Positions 63,213-64,000 of a stretch of 64,000 bases of DNA are shown piece after piece; position 1 is the stretch's first letter; every line of letters begins with the position of its first letter. Both the position numbers and the translations under genes were made by a program. The stretch is from an uncultured delta proteobacterium (lineage in GTDB: Bacteria > Desulfobacterota > BSN033 > UBA1163), in NCBI GenBank assembly GCA_963708295.1, contig CAVPSJ010000005.1:64001-128000 (forward strand), written 5' to 3'. The notes below the pieces were generated by a model. That model made no database searches and had not been told where the DNA came from. It saw nothing but the letters and a program-made list of their open reading frames with translations.

Positions 63213-63956
63213 ATGGAAGAGATCGATCGAGAAAACCTGCCCCATCATATCGCGATCATCATGGACGGGAATGGTCGCTGGGCCAAGAAAAAGCTTCTCA
63301 ACCGGATCAGCGGCCACATCAAAGGAGTCAATCCCGTCCGGGAGGTCGTCACGGCTTGCCGGGAACTGGGGATCAAGGTGCTCACCCTCTATGCCTTCTC
63401 CATCGAGAATTGGAAAAGGCCCGCAGAGGAAGTGCACGCCCTGATGGAATTGCTGAAGGAATATCTTCAGAAAGAATGCACGGAAATGGTCCAGAACAAT
63501 ATCCGGCTCAACGCCATCGGTCGCATCGAGGATCTCCCTCCGGATGTCCAGAGGGTCCTGCACGAGACGAAGAGAAAGACCCAACATTGTGACGGGATGA
63601 TTCTCAATTTAGCTTTGAGTTACGGCGGCCGTTCCGAGATTCTCCACGCGGTCCAGGGAGTGGTCTCGGATCTCCAGCAGGGGAAGGTCAAACCGGAGGA
63701 GATCACGATTCAACGTTTCTCTCAATATCTCTGGACCCGCGGGATACCCGACCCGGACCTTCTCATCCGGACCAGCGGCGAATTTCGTATTTCGAACTTC
63801 CTCCTTTGGCAAATTGCCTACACTGAATTGTACGTCACCGACACCCTATGGCCGGATTTTGACCGAGAAGAGCTCTTAAAGGCCATCAGGGATTATCAAT
63901 CCAGAGAAAGAAGATTCGGTCTGACCAGCGAACAATTGAACGGAAAAGAAGAATAA
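63213..63956 (+). CDS. uppS: Undecaprenyl diphosphate synthase
   Basis: Motifs HIAIIMDGNGRWA, YAFSIENW, ALSYGGR and RTSGE.RISNFLLWQ. Confidence 0.97.
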   Translation: MEEIDRENLPHHIAIIMDGNGRWAKKKLLNRISGHIKGVNPVREVVTACRELGIKVLTLYAFSIENWKRPAEEVHALMELLKEYLQKECTEMVQNNIRLNAIGRIEDLPPDVQRVLHETKRKTQHCDGMILNLALSYGGRSEILHAVQGVVSDLQQGKVKPEEITIQRFSQYLWTRGIPDPDLLIRTSGEFRISNFLLWQIAYTELYVTDTLWPDFDREELLKAIRDYQSRERRFGLTSEQLNGKEE

Positions 63957-63960
63957 TTGA

Positions 63961-63995
63961 ATTGCAGATCGCAGATTTCAAATCGCAAATTGGAA
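63961..63995 (+). repeat. Heptamer tandem repeat
   Basis: ATTGCAG ATCGCAG ATTTCAA ATCGCAA ATTGGAA, right after the uppS stop. Confidence 0.7.
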
Positions 63996-64000
63996 GAGGC

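Overview
A gene-dense, roughly 50% GC bacterial chromosome window. Gene content suggests an anaerobic deltaproteobacterium (Desulfobacterota/Syntrophales-like), which is an inference. The left end is the tRNA(Tyr-Gly-Thr)-tuf-rpmG-tRNA(Trp)-secE-nusG-rplK-rplA-rplJ cluster on the minus strand. The right end is rpsB-tsf-pyrH-frr-ferredoxin-uppS on the plus strand. Between them lie an octaheme cytochrome, an esterase, CoA ligases, several transporters (including an acyl-CoA ligase fused to an ABC permease, and a TatT-type TRAP system), fabF, a proteasome-beta-like Ntn hydrolase, a MenA-like prenyltransferase, Lhr, a Glu/Leu/Phe/Val dehydrogenase and a ZraP/ZraS/ZraR-like locus. The most striking element is a compact 2.1-kb unit (36078-38185) encoding only two intact tyrosine recombinases. 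It has 16-bp terminal inverted repeats and a 7-bp flanking direct repeat (GTAGGTG), and its predicted circular junction resembles a lox site. It sits inside a 3.6-kb segment bracketed by heptamer-periodic inverted repeats. Intergenic DNA carries several small repeat families, including a MITE-like element that inserts into REP-like hairpins. Many genes have single-base frameshifts, especially between 39 and 52 kb; these probably reflect assembly errors. All calls come from reading the sequence and recognising motifs; no database searches were run.
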